Shown: piece after piece, positions 60,832 to 64,000 of the stretch
Layout of the letters: each line of letters opens with the position of its first letter
How positions within the stretch are numbered: the stretch's first letter is position 1
Source: an uncultured delta proteobacterium
GTDB taxonomy: Bacteria; Myxococcota_A; Polyangia; Polyangiales; Polyangiaceae
Direction of reading: 5' to 3'
Length of the DNA: 64,000 nucleotides
Assembly (NCBI GenBank): GCA_963716725.1
Contig: CAVQUB010000015.1
Location: 320,001 to 384,000, forward strand
Notes under the pieces: model-generated
Seen by the model: the letters and a program-made list of their open reading frames with translations, nothing else
Database searches by the model: none
What the model was told of the DNA's origin: nothing
Program-made: the position numbers and the translations under genes

Positions 60832-60910
60832 CTCCCCGTTACTCTGCGGGGGGCCCGCCGCGGGCCTCACAATTCCGGCGAATTTCCGCAATTGTTCCGT
60901 AGGAAAAAAA

Positions 60911-62175
<1,265 letters not shown>

Positions 62176-62266
62176 GCCGGCTTCTCGCTTCCGGCGGCGT
62201 CTCGTTGCGGGACCGATCCGCGAGCGGGGCCTAGACCACGAGTCCAGAACCCGCCCGAGCCAAGCC

Positions 62267-64000
<1,734 letters not shown>

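Overview
High-GC chromosomal window from a myxobacterium, probably Polyangiaceae-like (inferred from MYXO-CTERM-type tails, many Gly-rich and Cys-rich lipoproteins, a Ser/Thr kinase with TPR partner and an ECF/FecR pair). Recognisable genes: dinB, an XPB-like helicase with DUF790/Bax1, speD, tRNA-Phe, a PilT-family ATPase, an acetate transporter, bioB, lpxB, glnD, a fatty acyl-AMP ligase, parA/parB and tig-clpP-clpX-lon. Main findings: (1) a hidden selenoprotein that the ORF track splits in two, a thioredoxin-fold lipoprotein (11112-11843) with an in-frame UGA in a U-P-G-C motif followed by a bacterial SECIS-like hairpin; (2) a NarK-type nitrate/nitrite transporter fused to an intact bacteriohemerythrin domain; (3) a 940-bp integrase-less island at tRNA-Phe carrying only a putative toxin-antitoxin pair; (4) two more small cassettes bounded by duplicated 3' ends of protein-coding genes. 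Single-base frameshifts in conserved genes (lpxB, narK, tig, clpP, clpX, lon) get denser toward the right end and look like assembly errors. All calls come from reading motifs by eye; no searches were run.
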